From contig MKVH01000024.1 of the NCBI GenBank assembly GCA_001899175.1, forward strand, positions 883,127 through 947,126: DNA of 64,000 nt. The letters are read 5' to 3'. The notes below the pieces were generated by a model. The model had not been told where the DNA came from, ran no database searches, and saw only the letters and a list, made by a program, of their open reading frames with translations. Position 1 is the stretch's first letter. Each line of letters begins with the position of its first letter. The DNA comes from Candidatus Kapaibacterium thiocyanatum. GTDB lineage: Bacteria > Bacteroidota > Ignavibacteria > Kapaibacteriales > Kapaibacteriaceae. This document shows, in pieces, positions 1-8,383 of the stretch. The translations under genes were made by a program, and so were the position numbers.

Positions 1-331
1 GGAAGGTCGTGGGCGAAGGCGAAGCGAGATACTGGGACAGGGGATCGTTACCCTTCCTGTCGCGCGATGCCGAAATCTTGTCGAATCGTCGCACCCATAT
101 CGTGCGCCGTTCGGACATCATGGGATAGGAACGCGCGATGGAGAACACCGTATCCATCGATGTGCCTTCGCCGTCGATGACGTCGCTGTTCATGCCCGTC
201 GCATCGGTTGCAGCCGCTGCGGTGTAGAGAGCATTGGCAGCTTCGTCGACCTGGAATTCCTCTTCGCCGAACAGTAGCAGCACGGGCGGATAGGTGCCGT
301 TGCTGACGATGTCCCGGATGATGTCGGCCAT
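1..331 (-). CDS. holA: DNA polymerase III delta subunit, N-terminal part (runs off the window start)
   Basis: Translated by hand from ATG 331: MADIIRDIVSNGTYPPVLLLFGEEEFQVDEA...SIARSYPMMSERRTIWVRRFD. The LLFGEE and PMMSERR motifs are typical of HolA. Not in the ORF track because it is open at the edge. Confidence 0.85.
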   Translation of the reverse strand, partial: MADIIRDIVSNGTYPPVLLLFGEEEFQVDEAANALYTAAAATDATGMNSDVIDGEGTSMDTVFSIARSYPMMSERRTIWVRRFDKISASRDRKGNDPLSQYLASPSPTTF

Positions 332-342
332 GCGCGGACCCC

Positions 343-1404
343 TTACCGTTGCGTCGTCTTCGGATCCAGCGCGTCGCGCAGACCGTCACCGAACAGGTTC
401 AGGGCGAAGACCGCCACGGCCATGGCGATACATGGATAGAGTGTCATGCCCCAGTTCGTTCCGACGGCGATGTAGCCGTAGCCGTCGCGGATCATCTGTC
501 CCCACGATGGCGTAGGAGGTTGCACACCGAGGCCGATGAAACTGAGCGATGCTTCGGCGATGATGGCAGTGGCGAAACCTGCCGTGGACAGGACGATGAT
601 GGGACCGGCGGCATTGGGAAGCATATGCCGCCATATCGTCCGCGCCGTGCCGTAGCCGAGAGCCCGCGTGGCTTCCACGTATTCCTGTTCGCGGATCGAG
701 AAGAACTGTCCGCGTACGATACGGGCGATGTCCACCCACGACGACACGCCGATGGCGATGAACGTCTGCCAGTATCCCTGGCCGAGGATGACGCTGAAGG
801 CGATGACGAGCAGGATGGTAGGGAAGGACCATACGACGTTGACGAACCACATGATGACGTCGTCGACCCATCCTCTGAAGAATCCCGCCAGTGCACCGAG
901 CAGGATACCGATGGCCAGGGCGATGGACTCGGAGATGAGACCGACGCTGAGACTGACGCGCATGCCGTAGACCAGACGCGAGAACATGTCGCGGCCGAAG
1001 CGGTCCGTACCGAGAAGGAAGAGCGGTTCATCGTACCATTCGTCCTGGCCCTTGCCTGCAAGGGCCGATATGGCGATGCGGTAGTCCTGTCCCGCCGGAT
1101 CGACGTAGTGCACCGAATCGCCACGCAGTTCGAAACGATCGATGGCGATGATGGACGGAGTGGAAGGATCGGACGGGTTCTTCTTGTACAGGACCTTGCC
1201 GCGGAAGCCAGCTGGCTTCACGGAGTATTCGAGGATCTGCGTCGTAGGATCGAACTGCGTGACCACCGGTGCGCCGATGGCCATGAGGACCATGACGACG
1301 AGGATCGAGAGACCGACGACGGCACCGGGATTCTTCCTGAGACGGCGCCATGCCAGACGACCAAGGCTCTCACCCTGCTCCTGCGTTGATTGCTGCTTGC
1401 TCAT
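343..1404 (-). CDS. oppC: Oligopeptide/dipeptide ABC transporter permease (OppC/DppC family) with an enlarged periplasmic insertion
   Basis: LGTDRFGRDMFSRLVYG, EAA loop (REQEYVEATRALG), SFIGLGVQPPTPSWG, NLFGDGLRDALDP. Start at MSKQQ overlaps the upstream stop (ATGA). Confidence 0.9.
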   Translation of the reverse strand: MSKQQSTQEQGESLGRLAWRRLRKNPGAVVGLSILVVMVLMAIGAPVVTQFDPTTQILEYSVKPAGFRGKVLYKKNPSDPSTPSIIAIDRFELRGDSVHYVDPAGQDYRIAISALAGKGQDEWYDEPLFLLGTDRFGRDMFSRLVYGMRVSLSVGLISESIALAIGILLGALAGFFRGWVDDVIMWFVNVVWSFPTILLVIAFSVILGQGYWQTFIAIGVSSWVDIARIVRGQFFSIREQEYVEATRALGYGTARTIWRHMLPNAAGPIIVLSTAGFATAIIAEASLSFIGLGVQPPTPSWGQMIRDGYGYIAVGTNWGMTLYPCIAMAVAVFALNLFGDGLRDALDPKTTQR

Positions 1405-2321
1405 TTCAGGCGCACCTTGGGATCGATGAAGGCATAGACGATGTCGGCCAGCATGTTGACGACCACGAAGACGACGGCCGTGAACAACACCGTGCCCTGG
1501 ATCATCGGATAGTCGAGCTTCTCGATGGCATTGAATGCCGCCAGCCCGATGCCCGGCCAGTTGAAGATGAATTCGATGAAGTAGGTACCGGCGAGAAGGC
1601 CGGCGAACCATGCGCTCACCGTCGTGACCACGGGATTCAGCGCGTTGCGCAAGGCATGCTTGAAGAAGACCGTGATGTTGTTGAGTCCTTTGGCACGTGC
1701 CGTGCGGACGTAGTCCTGACCGAGCACGTCGAGCATGCTGCTTCGCGTGACGCGTGCGATGATGGACAGCGGACGTATCGCAAGCGTGATCATCGGCAGA
1801 AACAGATACTCGGGACCTCGATCGATGTAGCCGCTGTTCGGGAACCAGTCGAGCAGGACGCCGAAGACCAGGACGAAGAGCAGACCGACGACGAAGGCCG
1901 GTAACGAGATGCCGAAGAGCGAAGTGGACATCGTGAGCGTATCAAGCCACGAATTGGGCTTCCACGACGCGATGACCCCTAACAGGATGCCCAGGATCGT
2001 CGCGATGGCCATCGACGACACTGCCAGCAGGGCCGTGGGGCCGATACGCTCCTTGAGCGCTTCGTAGACGGGGCGGTTCGTAGCGATCGACGTCCCCATA
2101 TCCTTCTGCGTCAGGTTGTACATGTAGGTGGCGATCTGCACGGGCATCGGTTTGTCGAGGCCGAGCTGCTCGCGCAGTGCCGCCACGGATGCCGCGTCGG
2201 CCCGTTGTCCGAGCAGGACGCGCGCCGGATCACCCGGAGGACGGATGAAGAACGTCACCAGCACGACGCCGATGAGGACGAGGAATGAATAGAGGATCTT
2301 TCGCAGCAGATAGGTTGCCAT
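1401..2321 (-). CDS. oppB: Oligopeptide/dipeptide ABC transporter permease (OppB/DppB family)
   Basis: PGDPARVLLG, QDYVRTARAKGL, KHALRNAL, FNWPGIG, DYPMIQG, YAFIDPKVR. Start MATYLL at 2321. Confidence 0.92.
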   Translation of the reverse strand: MATYLLRKILYSFLVLIGVVLVTFFIRPPGDPARVLLGQRADAASVAALREQLGLDKPMPVQIATYMYNLTQKDMGTSIATNRPVYEALKERIGPTALLAVSSMAIATILGILLGVIASWKPNSWLDTLTMSTSLFGISLPAFVVGLLFVLVFGVLLDWFPNSGYIDRGPEYLFLPMITLAIRPLSIIARVTRSSMLDVLGQDYVRTARAKGLNNITVFFKHALRNALNPVVTTVSAWFAGLLAGTYFIEFIFNWPGIGLAAFNAIEKLDYPMIQGTVLFTAVVFVVVNMLADIVYAFIDPKVRLK

Positions 2322-2325
2322 CGGT

Positions 2326-3168
2326 TCACGCTCCCAGGGCGACGCCGTGCGGACCGGCAAGGTGGTCGATACTCACGCGTACCGCTTCGTTGACACTCGT
2401 GAGGCCAAGGAACTGCCGCGCAAGGACGGGGAATGACGGAGTATGGTCGGTAAGATAGAAGAGGACGTCCGGCGCCCTGCCCGTCGCTTCCTGCCGTTCG
2501 CCGAGCATGTCGGCGGCGGTGAGGGCCGTGCATTCGCCGCAGTCGATGAGTGCGACGCCGGGCAGCATCGATGCCAGCATCGGTCCGAGCAGGGGATAGT
2601 GCGTACATCCCAGGACCAGCGTATCGATATGATTGGCGATGAGCGGGCGGAGGTATTCCGCGGCGACGAGGCGCGTCGCCTGTGTGTCCAGCCATCCTTC
2701 TTCGACCAGTGGAACGAAGAGTGGGCACGGCTGGCTGTGTACCGTGATCGAACGAGGGCCGGCACTCCGGTCGATCGAGCGTGCATAGGAATTGCTCGCG
2801 ATCGTGGCGCGGGTGCCGATGACGCCGATCTGGCCGTTATGAGTGCGGGTCACCGCTTCCATCGCCGCGGGTTCGATCACGCCGAGGACGGGTACGGGCA
2901 TCTCCGCCTGCAGGATGTCGAGGGCGAGAGCCGATGCGGTATTGCATGCCACGACGATCATCTTCACGTCGTGCTGCATCAGGAAGGCCGAGCATTGCCG
3001 GCTGTAGTTCCGGATGGTCTCCGTGCTCTTGTTGCCGTAGGGCACGCGGGCAGTGTCGCCAAGGTAGACGAACCGTTCGTTGGGAAGGATACGGAACAGG
3101 TGCTTGAGTACGCTCAAGCCGCCGATTCCGGAGTCGAAAACGCCGATCGGGCGCTGGTCGTTCAGCAT
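2326..3168 (-). CDS. murI: Glutamate racemase
   Basis: IGVFDSGIGGLSV, GDTARVPYG, VVACNTASA, LGCTHYP. Confidence 0.97.
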   Translation of the reverse strand: MLNDQRPIGVFDSGIGGLSVLKHLFRILPNERFVYLGDTARVPYGNKSTETIRNYSRQCSAFLMQHDVKMIVVACNTASALALDILQAEMPVPVLGVIEPAAMEAVTRTHNGQIGVIGTRATIASNSYARSIDRSAGPRSITVHSQPCPLFVPLVEEGWLDTQATRLVAAEYLRPLIANHIDTLVLGCTHYPLLGPMLASMLPGVALIDCGECTALTAADMLGERQEATGRAPDVLFYLTDHTPSFPVLARQFLGLTSVNEAVRVSIDHLAGPHGVALGA

Positions 3169-3173
3169 GACGG

Positions 3174-3217
3174 CAAATGTACGAAAGGGCAGGTGCCCTT
3201 CAGGTCTGTTATATTGA
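3174..3217. promoter_or_regulatory. Back-to-back TAnnTTTG-type promoters for murI (-) and the histidine kinase (+)
   Basis: TACATTTG on - at 3174-3181, 5 nt before the murI ATG. TATATTGA on + at 3210-3217, 4 nt before GTG 3222. Both resemble the Bacteroidota -7 element. Confidence 0.6.
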
Positions 3218-3221
3218 GTGT

Positions 3222-4766
3222 GTGAAACTCTCTCTTCGTGCCCGGCTGACCTTCATGTACAGTGCCCTCGTGGCACTGACGCTGGCAGCGTTCGCCGTGG
3301 TGGCGTATTTCACGGTGTCCAGTGAACTCAACGAGAACCTGGATGCATCGCTGTCGAGAGTGGCCGCCTCGCTCGAAACGGTGATACGGAAGGAACAGCA
3401 GGCCGCGAAGCGTCCGCTCATGCCGTTGCGTCGTGACAAGCGTACGAAGACGCCTGAACGTACCGACGACTTCGCCTTCCTGAACCGCGTGTCTGCACGC
3501 GACGTTGTTGGACCGGTCCTTCCACCCGAGAACGAGACGCAGCTCGACGACCCGGTATGGTCGGCCGTCTACGAACACATGCTTCTCAATTCGTCGAACT
3601 ATCTGATCCAGGTGAACGACCGTCAGGGGGTGATCGTATGGAGGTCCGACAATCTCCAGACCGACAGCCTGCCGCTGTTCTCGACGTTCGAACAACATGG
3701 GGCCAAGGTCGTCGACGACCGTATCCATACGTATTATACGCTCGGTGGCATACGCTATCGTCTGGTGCTGTATCGAGGTGGTGCGGCCGAGGTCGCCGCC
3801 GCCTATCCCGCCGGTGAGGTGGATGCGACGCTGCGGCGTCTGTTCTCACTGATGCTCTACGGTATGCCGGTAGCCATGTTGCTGTCGTCGCTCGCAGGAT
3901 GGTTCCTCGCCCAGCGTTCGTTGCGTCCGGTCGACGAGATCACGCTGTCGGCACGGAAGATCACGGCAAAGAATCTCGCCCAGCGTCTGCCGATGCCTCC
4001 CACGAACGACGAAATCGCGCGGTTGACGGAAACGCTGAACGAGATGATCGCGCGACTGGAGACATCCTTTACGCGCATCCGGCAGTTCACCTCCGATGCC
4101 TCTCATGAACTGAAGACGCCGCTCGCGATTCTCATGGGCGAGCTCGAGATCGCATTGAGACGCCCGATGACGGCCCATGAATACCGCGCGACGCTCGAAA
4201 GCTGTCTCGAGGAAGTGGAGCGTCTGACGAGTCTGGTGCAGGGGCTGCTCGACCTCTCCCGCGCCGATACCGGCCAGGTCATGGTCGACCGCAAGCCGCT
4301 GCGTCTGAGTGCGCTGGTCGAGGATATCTGTGACGACGTCATCATCCTGGCCGAGCAGAAGCGTATCGTTCTCGACCAGGACATCCAGCCTCACGTGATG
4401 GTGGACGGCGATCGAGTACGTCTCCATCAGGCCCTGCTCAACGTCATCGAGAATGCAGTGAAGTATACGCCGGACGAAGGCATGGTGCGTGTGCAGTTGC
4501 GGAAGAACGACTCCGATGCCGTCATCATCGTCGCCGACACCGGTATCGGTATTCCGGCAGGGGATACGGCCTTCATCTTCGACCGGTTCTATCGTGTGGA
4601 CAAGGCGCGGAGCAAGAGCATCCAGGGTACGGGGCTCGGCCTCGCCATCGTGAAGTGGATCGTCGACGCACATGACGGCACCATCGACGTCCACAGCGAG
4701 GAGGGAAGAGGAACGACGTTCACCATCTCCCTTCCCCTGCATCGTGAGGAAGTGGCTTCGGCATAA
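3222..4766 (+). CDS. Membrane sensor histidine kinase (2 TM, HAMP, HisKA, HATPase; CusS/BaeS-like), no adjacent response regulator
   Basis: H-box FTSDASHELKTPL, N-box NVIENAVKYT, DTGIGI, FDRFYRVDKARS, GTGLGLAIVK. Probable GTG start at VKLSLRARLT. Confidence 0.93.
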   Translation: MKLSLRARLTFMYSALVALTLAAFAVVAYFTVSSELNENLDASLSRVAASLETVIRKEQQAAKRPLMPLRRDKRTKTPERTDDFAFLNRVSARDVVGPVLPPENETQLDDPVWSAVYEHMLLNSSNYLIQVNDRQGVIVWRSDNLQTDSLPLFSTFEQHGAKVVDDRIHTYYTLGGIRYRLVLYRGGAAEVAAAYPAGEVDATLRRLFSLMLYGMPVAMLLSSLAGWFLAQRSLRPVDEITLSARKITAKNLAQRLPMPPTNDEIARLTETLNEMIARLETSFTRIRQFTSDASHELKTPLAILMGELEIALRRPMTAHEYRATLESCLEEVERLTSLVQGLLDLSRADTGQVMVDRKPLRLSALVEDICDDVIILAEQKRIVLDQDIQPHVMVDGDRVRLHQALLNVIENAVKYTPDEGMVRVQLRKNDSDAVIIVADTGIGIPAGDTAFIFDRFYRVDKARSKSIQGTGLGLAIVKWIVDAHDGTIDVHSEEGRGTTFTISLPLHREEVASA

Positions 4767-4779
4767 GCTGTGTCGTGCG

Positions 4780-4787
4780 TAACTTTG
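4780..4787 (+). promoter_or_regulatory. TAnnTTTG -7 promoter element of the ileS operon
   Basis: Exact TAACTTTG 29 nt upstream of the ileS ATG (4817). Confidence 0.65.
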
Positions 4788-4816
4788 CACCATGCTTGTA
4801 CTTCCGCATTCCCTCT

Positions 4817-7800
4817 ATGTTTGAATCGTTACCTGACGATTTCTCGTATCCCGCGCTCGAAGAAGAGATCCTTTCCTACTGGGATCATCATGACGTATTC
4901 AACGCTTCGTTGAAAGCGCGCGAAGGCAATCCTGTCTTCAGCTTTTTCGAGGGACCGCCGACCGTCAACGGCCGTCCTGGCATCCATCACGTGATGGCGC
5001 GCAGTATCAAGGATATCGCCTGTCGCTTCCAGTCCATGCGTGGTCACTACGTCCGCCGCCAGGCCGGATGGGATACGCACGGGCTTCCCGTCGAGCTCGC
5101 CGTCGAGAAGGAACTCGGTATCACCGAGAAGTCCCAGATCGAAGCGCTCGGCGTGGACAAGTTCAATGCCGCATGCAAGGACTTCGTCTATCGCAACATC
5201 GGGATGGACGATGGTTGGCGGACGCTCACGCGCCGTATGGGATACTGGCTGGACATGGATTCGGCCTACATCACCTGCACCAACGACTATATCGAATCGG
5301 TATGGTGGGCTCTGAAGCAGTTCTTCGAGAAGGGACTCATCTACAAGGGCTACAAGGTCGTTCCCCAGTCGCCGACGCTCGGAACTCCGCTGTCGTCCCA
5401 CGAGCTCTCCCTGAACTATAAGGACGTGCGCGACCCGAACGTCTATCTCAAGCTGAAGATCGTGGCATCGCCCATCGACAGGATCATCGGTGCTTCCATC
5501 ATGGTATGGACGACGACGCCGTGGACGCTCTTCGCCAATGTCGCTCTCGCGGTAGGGCCGGACATCCAGTACGTTCTCGTACGTAATACGCATACCGTCG
5601 GCAAGGATCAGGTGACCGAGAATCTCGTTCTTGCGGAGTCGCGCCTCGAGATCCTCGATGGTGAGGTCGAAGTGCTCGAACGCTTCACCGGTGCCGATCT
5701 CGTCGGTTCCTCCTACGAACAGATCTTCGACGACGTCGTTCTCGACGCCGCTGCGCATCCCAACGTCCTGCACATCCTTCCCGGTACCTTCGTCACGACG
5801 GAAGACGGTACGGGTGTGGTCCACATCGCTCCGGCCTTCGGTCAGGATGACTTCGAGCTGTCCAAGCAACATGGTCTGCCGGTTCCGCAGCCGGTGACGC
5901 CGAACGGCAAGTTCACGGATGAGGTGAAGGAATTCGCCGGACGTGCCGTGAAAACCTTCACGTATTCCGATCACACGGAAGAGGGAGCCGATCGCGATAT
6001 CGTCAAGACGCTCAAGATGCGCGGCAAGATCTACAAGGCGGCGTTCGACTATCTCCATAGCTATCCGCACTGCTGGCGTACGGACAATCCCGTCATCTAC
6101 TACGCCCGCGATTCCTGGTTCATCACGTCGCCTGCATACAAGGATCGCCTTGTCGCTCTCAACAGGGAGATCACCTGGCATCCCGAAGAGATCGGCACGG
6201 GACGTTTCGGCAACTGGCTGGAGGACGTAAAGGAGTGGTCGCTTTCGCGCGACCGGTACTGGGGTACTCCACTGCCCCTGTGGGTGAGCGAGGACGGTTC
6301 CGACATCATGGCCGTCGGCAGTATCGAAGAACTCGCGTCCGGTCTCTATGAAACCGACAGCGGCCAGAGAGTGGCCGTTGCCGATGCTGGTGTGGACATC
6401 GATCTCCATCGTCCCTTCGTTGACCGCGTCGTCTTCGAACGCAACGGTGTCACGTACCGTCGTGTCCGTGAAGTGATCGACGTATGGTTCGACAGCGGCT
6501 CGGTGCCGTTCGCACAGTTCCACTATCCCTTCGAGAACAAGGAACTCTTCGAGCAGTCGTTCCCTGCTGACTTCATCGCCGAAGGGATCGACCAGACGCG
6601 CGGATGGTTCTATACGTTGCACAACATCGCCACGGCTCTGTTCGACAAACCTGCCTACAAGCATGTCGCCGTGAACGATCTCATCCTCGACCGCAACGGA
6701 CACAAGATGTCCAAGTCGCGAGGCAACACCGTCGATCCATTCGAACTCATCGACAAGTACGGCGTTGACGCCATCCGATGGTATCTCATGGTATCATCGC
6801 CTGCATGGAAGCCCAAGCTCTTCAACGAAGAAGACATCGCGAAGACCGTCATCGCGGACTTTTTCCGCTCGCTGACGAATACGTTCGAGTTCTTCGCCAT
6901 GTATGCCAACATCGATGGCTATACTGGACGCGAGGCTCCCGTGCCAGTCGCAGAGCGGCCGGAGATCGACCGTTGGATACTCTCGAAGCTCAACACCGTC
7001 ATCGCCGAGTATATGGCGGCGATGGAATCGTACGAGTTCACGAAGGCATGCAGGGTGTTGCAGGAGTACGTGATCGACGACGTATCGAACTGGTACGTGC
7101 GACGCAATCGCAGGCGCTTCTGGAAGGGTGACTACGATGACGACAAGAAGGCCGCGTATCAGACGTTGCATCATGTCCTGCTCAGCGTCGTTCACATGGT
7201 CGCACCGATCGCACCGTTTCTTGCCGAATGGATTTTTCTTCGCTTGCGTACCGACGAAGAACATTTGAGCATTCATTGTAGTATATTGCACGCGTCCGAT
7301 GCATCATTGATTGATCACGATCTTGAGCATCGGATGTGGCAAGCACAACACATCGTTTCGCTTGCCCGTTCTTTGAGGGAAAAGGCGAAGATCAAGACGC
7401 GTCAACCACTGCGTCGTATTCTTCTTCCGGTAGATAGTCCGGCAGTACGTCGGCAACTGCAAACGGTGGAAGACATCATTCTCGAAGAGATCAACGTGAA
7501 GGGCATCGAATACGTATCCGACGATACCAACATCGTCAGACGTTCGACAAAGCCGAACTTCAAGATCATCGGAAAGAAGTACGGTGCGAACACGCAGGGG
7601 GTGGCGCAAGCGATCAAGTCTCTCGGCAGCGAACAAGTGCGCCGTTTGGAACAATCTTCGGTTCTGGCCGTTACGATCGGTGATCAAACGGTACAGATCG
7701 ATTTCGAAGATGTGGAGATCGTCAGCGAGGACATCGAGGGTTGGCTGGTAGCGTCCGATCAGGGAATCACGGTTGCCCTGGATACGGAACTGGATGGAGC

Positions 7801-8056
7801 TCTTCTACAGGAAGGCCTCGCGCGCGAGTTCGTGAGCAAGGTTCAGAAACTCCGCAAGGACTCGGGGTTCGATGTAACGGATCGTATCACCATCGTATAT
7901 GCTACGGACGATACGACATCGGATGCCCTGCAGACCATGCGCACGTACATTGCAACAGAAACGCTCGCTGATATCATTGACAGGGGGGACGGTCCATACG
8001 AGACCGATCTCGAGATCAATGGCTATCAAGTTGGCGTGCGCGTCCAACGCGTGTGA
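4817..8056 (+). CDS. ileS: Isoleucine--tRNA ligase, type 2 (IleRS2)
   Basis: FFEGPPTVNGRPGIHH, GWDTHGLPVE, WTTTPWTL, EDGTGVVHIAPAFG, WSLSRDRYWGTP, EGIDQTRGWF, KMSKS. C-terminus is IleRS2-like (EGLAREFV) with no zinc finger. Confidence 0.98.
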   Translation: MFESLPDDFSYPALEEEILSYWDHHDVFNASLKAREGNPVFSFFEGPPTVNGRPGIHHVMARSIKDIACRFQSMRGHYVRRQAGWDTHGLPVELAVEKELGITEKSQIEALGVDKFNAACKDFVYRNIGMDDGWRTLTRRMGYWLDMDSAYITCTNDYIESVWWALKQFFEKGLIYKGYKVVPQSPTLGTPLSSHELSLNYKDVRDPNVYLKLKIVASPIDRIIGASIMVWTTTPWTLFANVALAVGPDIQYVLVRNTHTVGKDQVTENLVLAESRLEILDGEVEVLERFTGADLVGSSYEQIFDDVVLDAAAHPNVLHILPGTFVTTEDGTGVVHIAPAFGQDDFELSKQHGLPVPQPVTPNGKFTDEVKEFAGRAVKTFTYSDHTEEGADRDIVKTLKMRGKIYKAAFDYLHSYPHCWRTDNPVIYYARDSWFITSPAYKDRLVALNREITWHPEEIGTGRFGNWLEDVKEWSLSRDRYWGTPLPLWVSEDGSDIMAVGSIEELASGLYETDSGQRVAVADAGVDIDLHRPFVDRVVFERNGVTYRRVREVIDVWFDSGSVPFAQFHYPFENKELFEQSFPADFIAEGIDQTRGWFYTLHNIATALFDKPAYKHVAVNDLILDRNGHKMSKSRGNTVDPFELIDKYGVDAIRWYLMVSSPAWKPKLFNEEDIAKTVIADFFRSLTNTFEFFAMYANIDGYTGREAPVPVAERPEIDRWILSKLNTVIAEYMAAMESYEFTKACRVLQEYVIDDVSNWYVRRNRRRFWKGDYDDDKKAAYQTLHHVLLSVVHMVAPIAPFLAEWIFLRLRTDEEHLSIHCSILHASDASLIDHDLEHRMWQAQHIVSLARSLREKAKIKTRQPLRRILLPVDSPAVRRQLQTVEDIILEEINVKGIEYVSDDTNIVRRSTKPNFKIIGKKYGANTQGVAQAIKSLGSEQVRRLEQSSVLAVTIGDQTVQIDFEDVEIVSEDIEGWLVASDQGITVALDTELDGALLQEGLAREFVSKVQKLRKDSGFDVTDRITIVYATDDTTSDALQTMRTYIATETLADIIDRGDGPYETDLEINGYQVGVRVQRV

Positions 8057-8062
8057 AGGTGG

Positions 8063-8081
8063 TACGCCAGGGTGGCGTACT
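8063..8081 (+). other. Perfect 8-bp hairpin between ileS and the histone-like ORF (weak terminator or 5' stabiliser)
   Basis: GTACGCCA-GGG-TGGCGTAC; no U-tract follows. Confidence 0.4.
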
Positions 8082-8115
8082 AGATTTCATGTTCTACTTT
8101 TTGGAGGTACGTTCC

Positions 8116-8355
8116 ATGGCAGCAGCAAAGAAGGCAGCAGCCAAGAAGTCCGCAGCCAAGAAGGCGGCCAAGAAGACGGTAGCGAAGAAGGCTACCGCCA
8201 AGAAGGCAGCCAAGAAGGTTACGGCAAAGAAGGCTACGGCGAAGAAGGCAGCCAAGAAGCCGGCAGTGAAGAAGGCGGCGAAGAAGGCAGCCAGGAAGCC
8301 GGCAGCGAAGAAGGCAGCAGCCAAGAAATCCGCTGCAAAAAAAAAAGCCAAGTAA
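8116..8355 (+). CDS. Histone H1-like / HctB-like Lys-Ala-rich DNA-binding protein, 79 aa
   Basis: GGAGG RBS, then MAAAKKAAAKKSAAKKAAKKTVAKK...KKKAK*, about 15 xAKK repeats. Ends just after an A10 run. Confidence 0.8.
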   Translation: MAAAKKAAAKKSAAKKAAKKTVAKKATAKKAAKKVTAKKATAKKAAKKPAVKKAAKKAARKPAAKKAAAKKSAAKKKAK

Positions 8356-8383
8356 GGGTTCGCTCTAACTCGGCTTCGAGCCC
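8337..8383 (+). promoter_or_regulatory. Candidate -1 recoding signal: A10 slippery run plus downstream stem-loop
   Basis: GCA AAA AAA AAA GCC AAG TAA, then GGGTTCG (8356-8362) and CGAGCCC (8377-8383) forming a stem 9 nt after the run. Confidence 0.55.

Noticed and set aside
4767-4816. T-box or riboswitch upstream of ileS
   Set aside because: The intergenic space is only 50 bp and contains the promoter element.
7899-8345. N-terminal extension of the 396-aa ORF 7899-9089 in the track
   Set aside because: It overlaps ileS and is an off-frame reading of the AKK repeat (EGSQE repeats); it is not a credible start.
8116-8346. Short tandem repeats as a possible CRISPR or VNTR array
   Set aside because: The repeats are in-frame 12-15 nt coding units with synonymous variation and no spacers.
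8094-8351. Hydrophobic FFAA-repeat ORF on the - strand (and 17617-18033 on +)
   Set aside because: It is simply the antisense of the Lys/Ala repeats.
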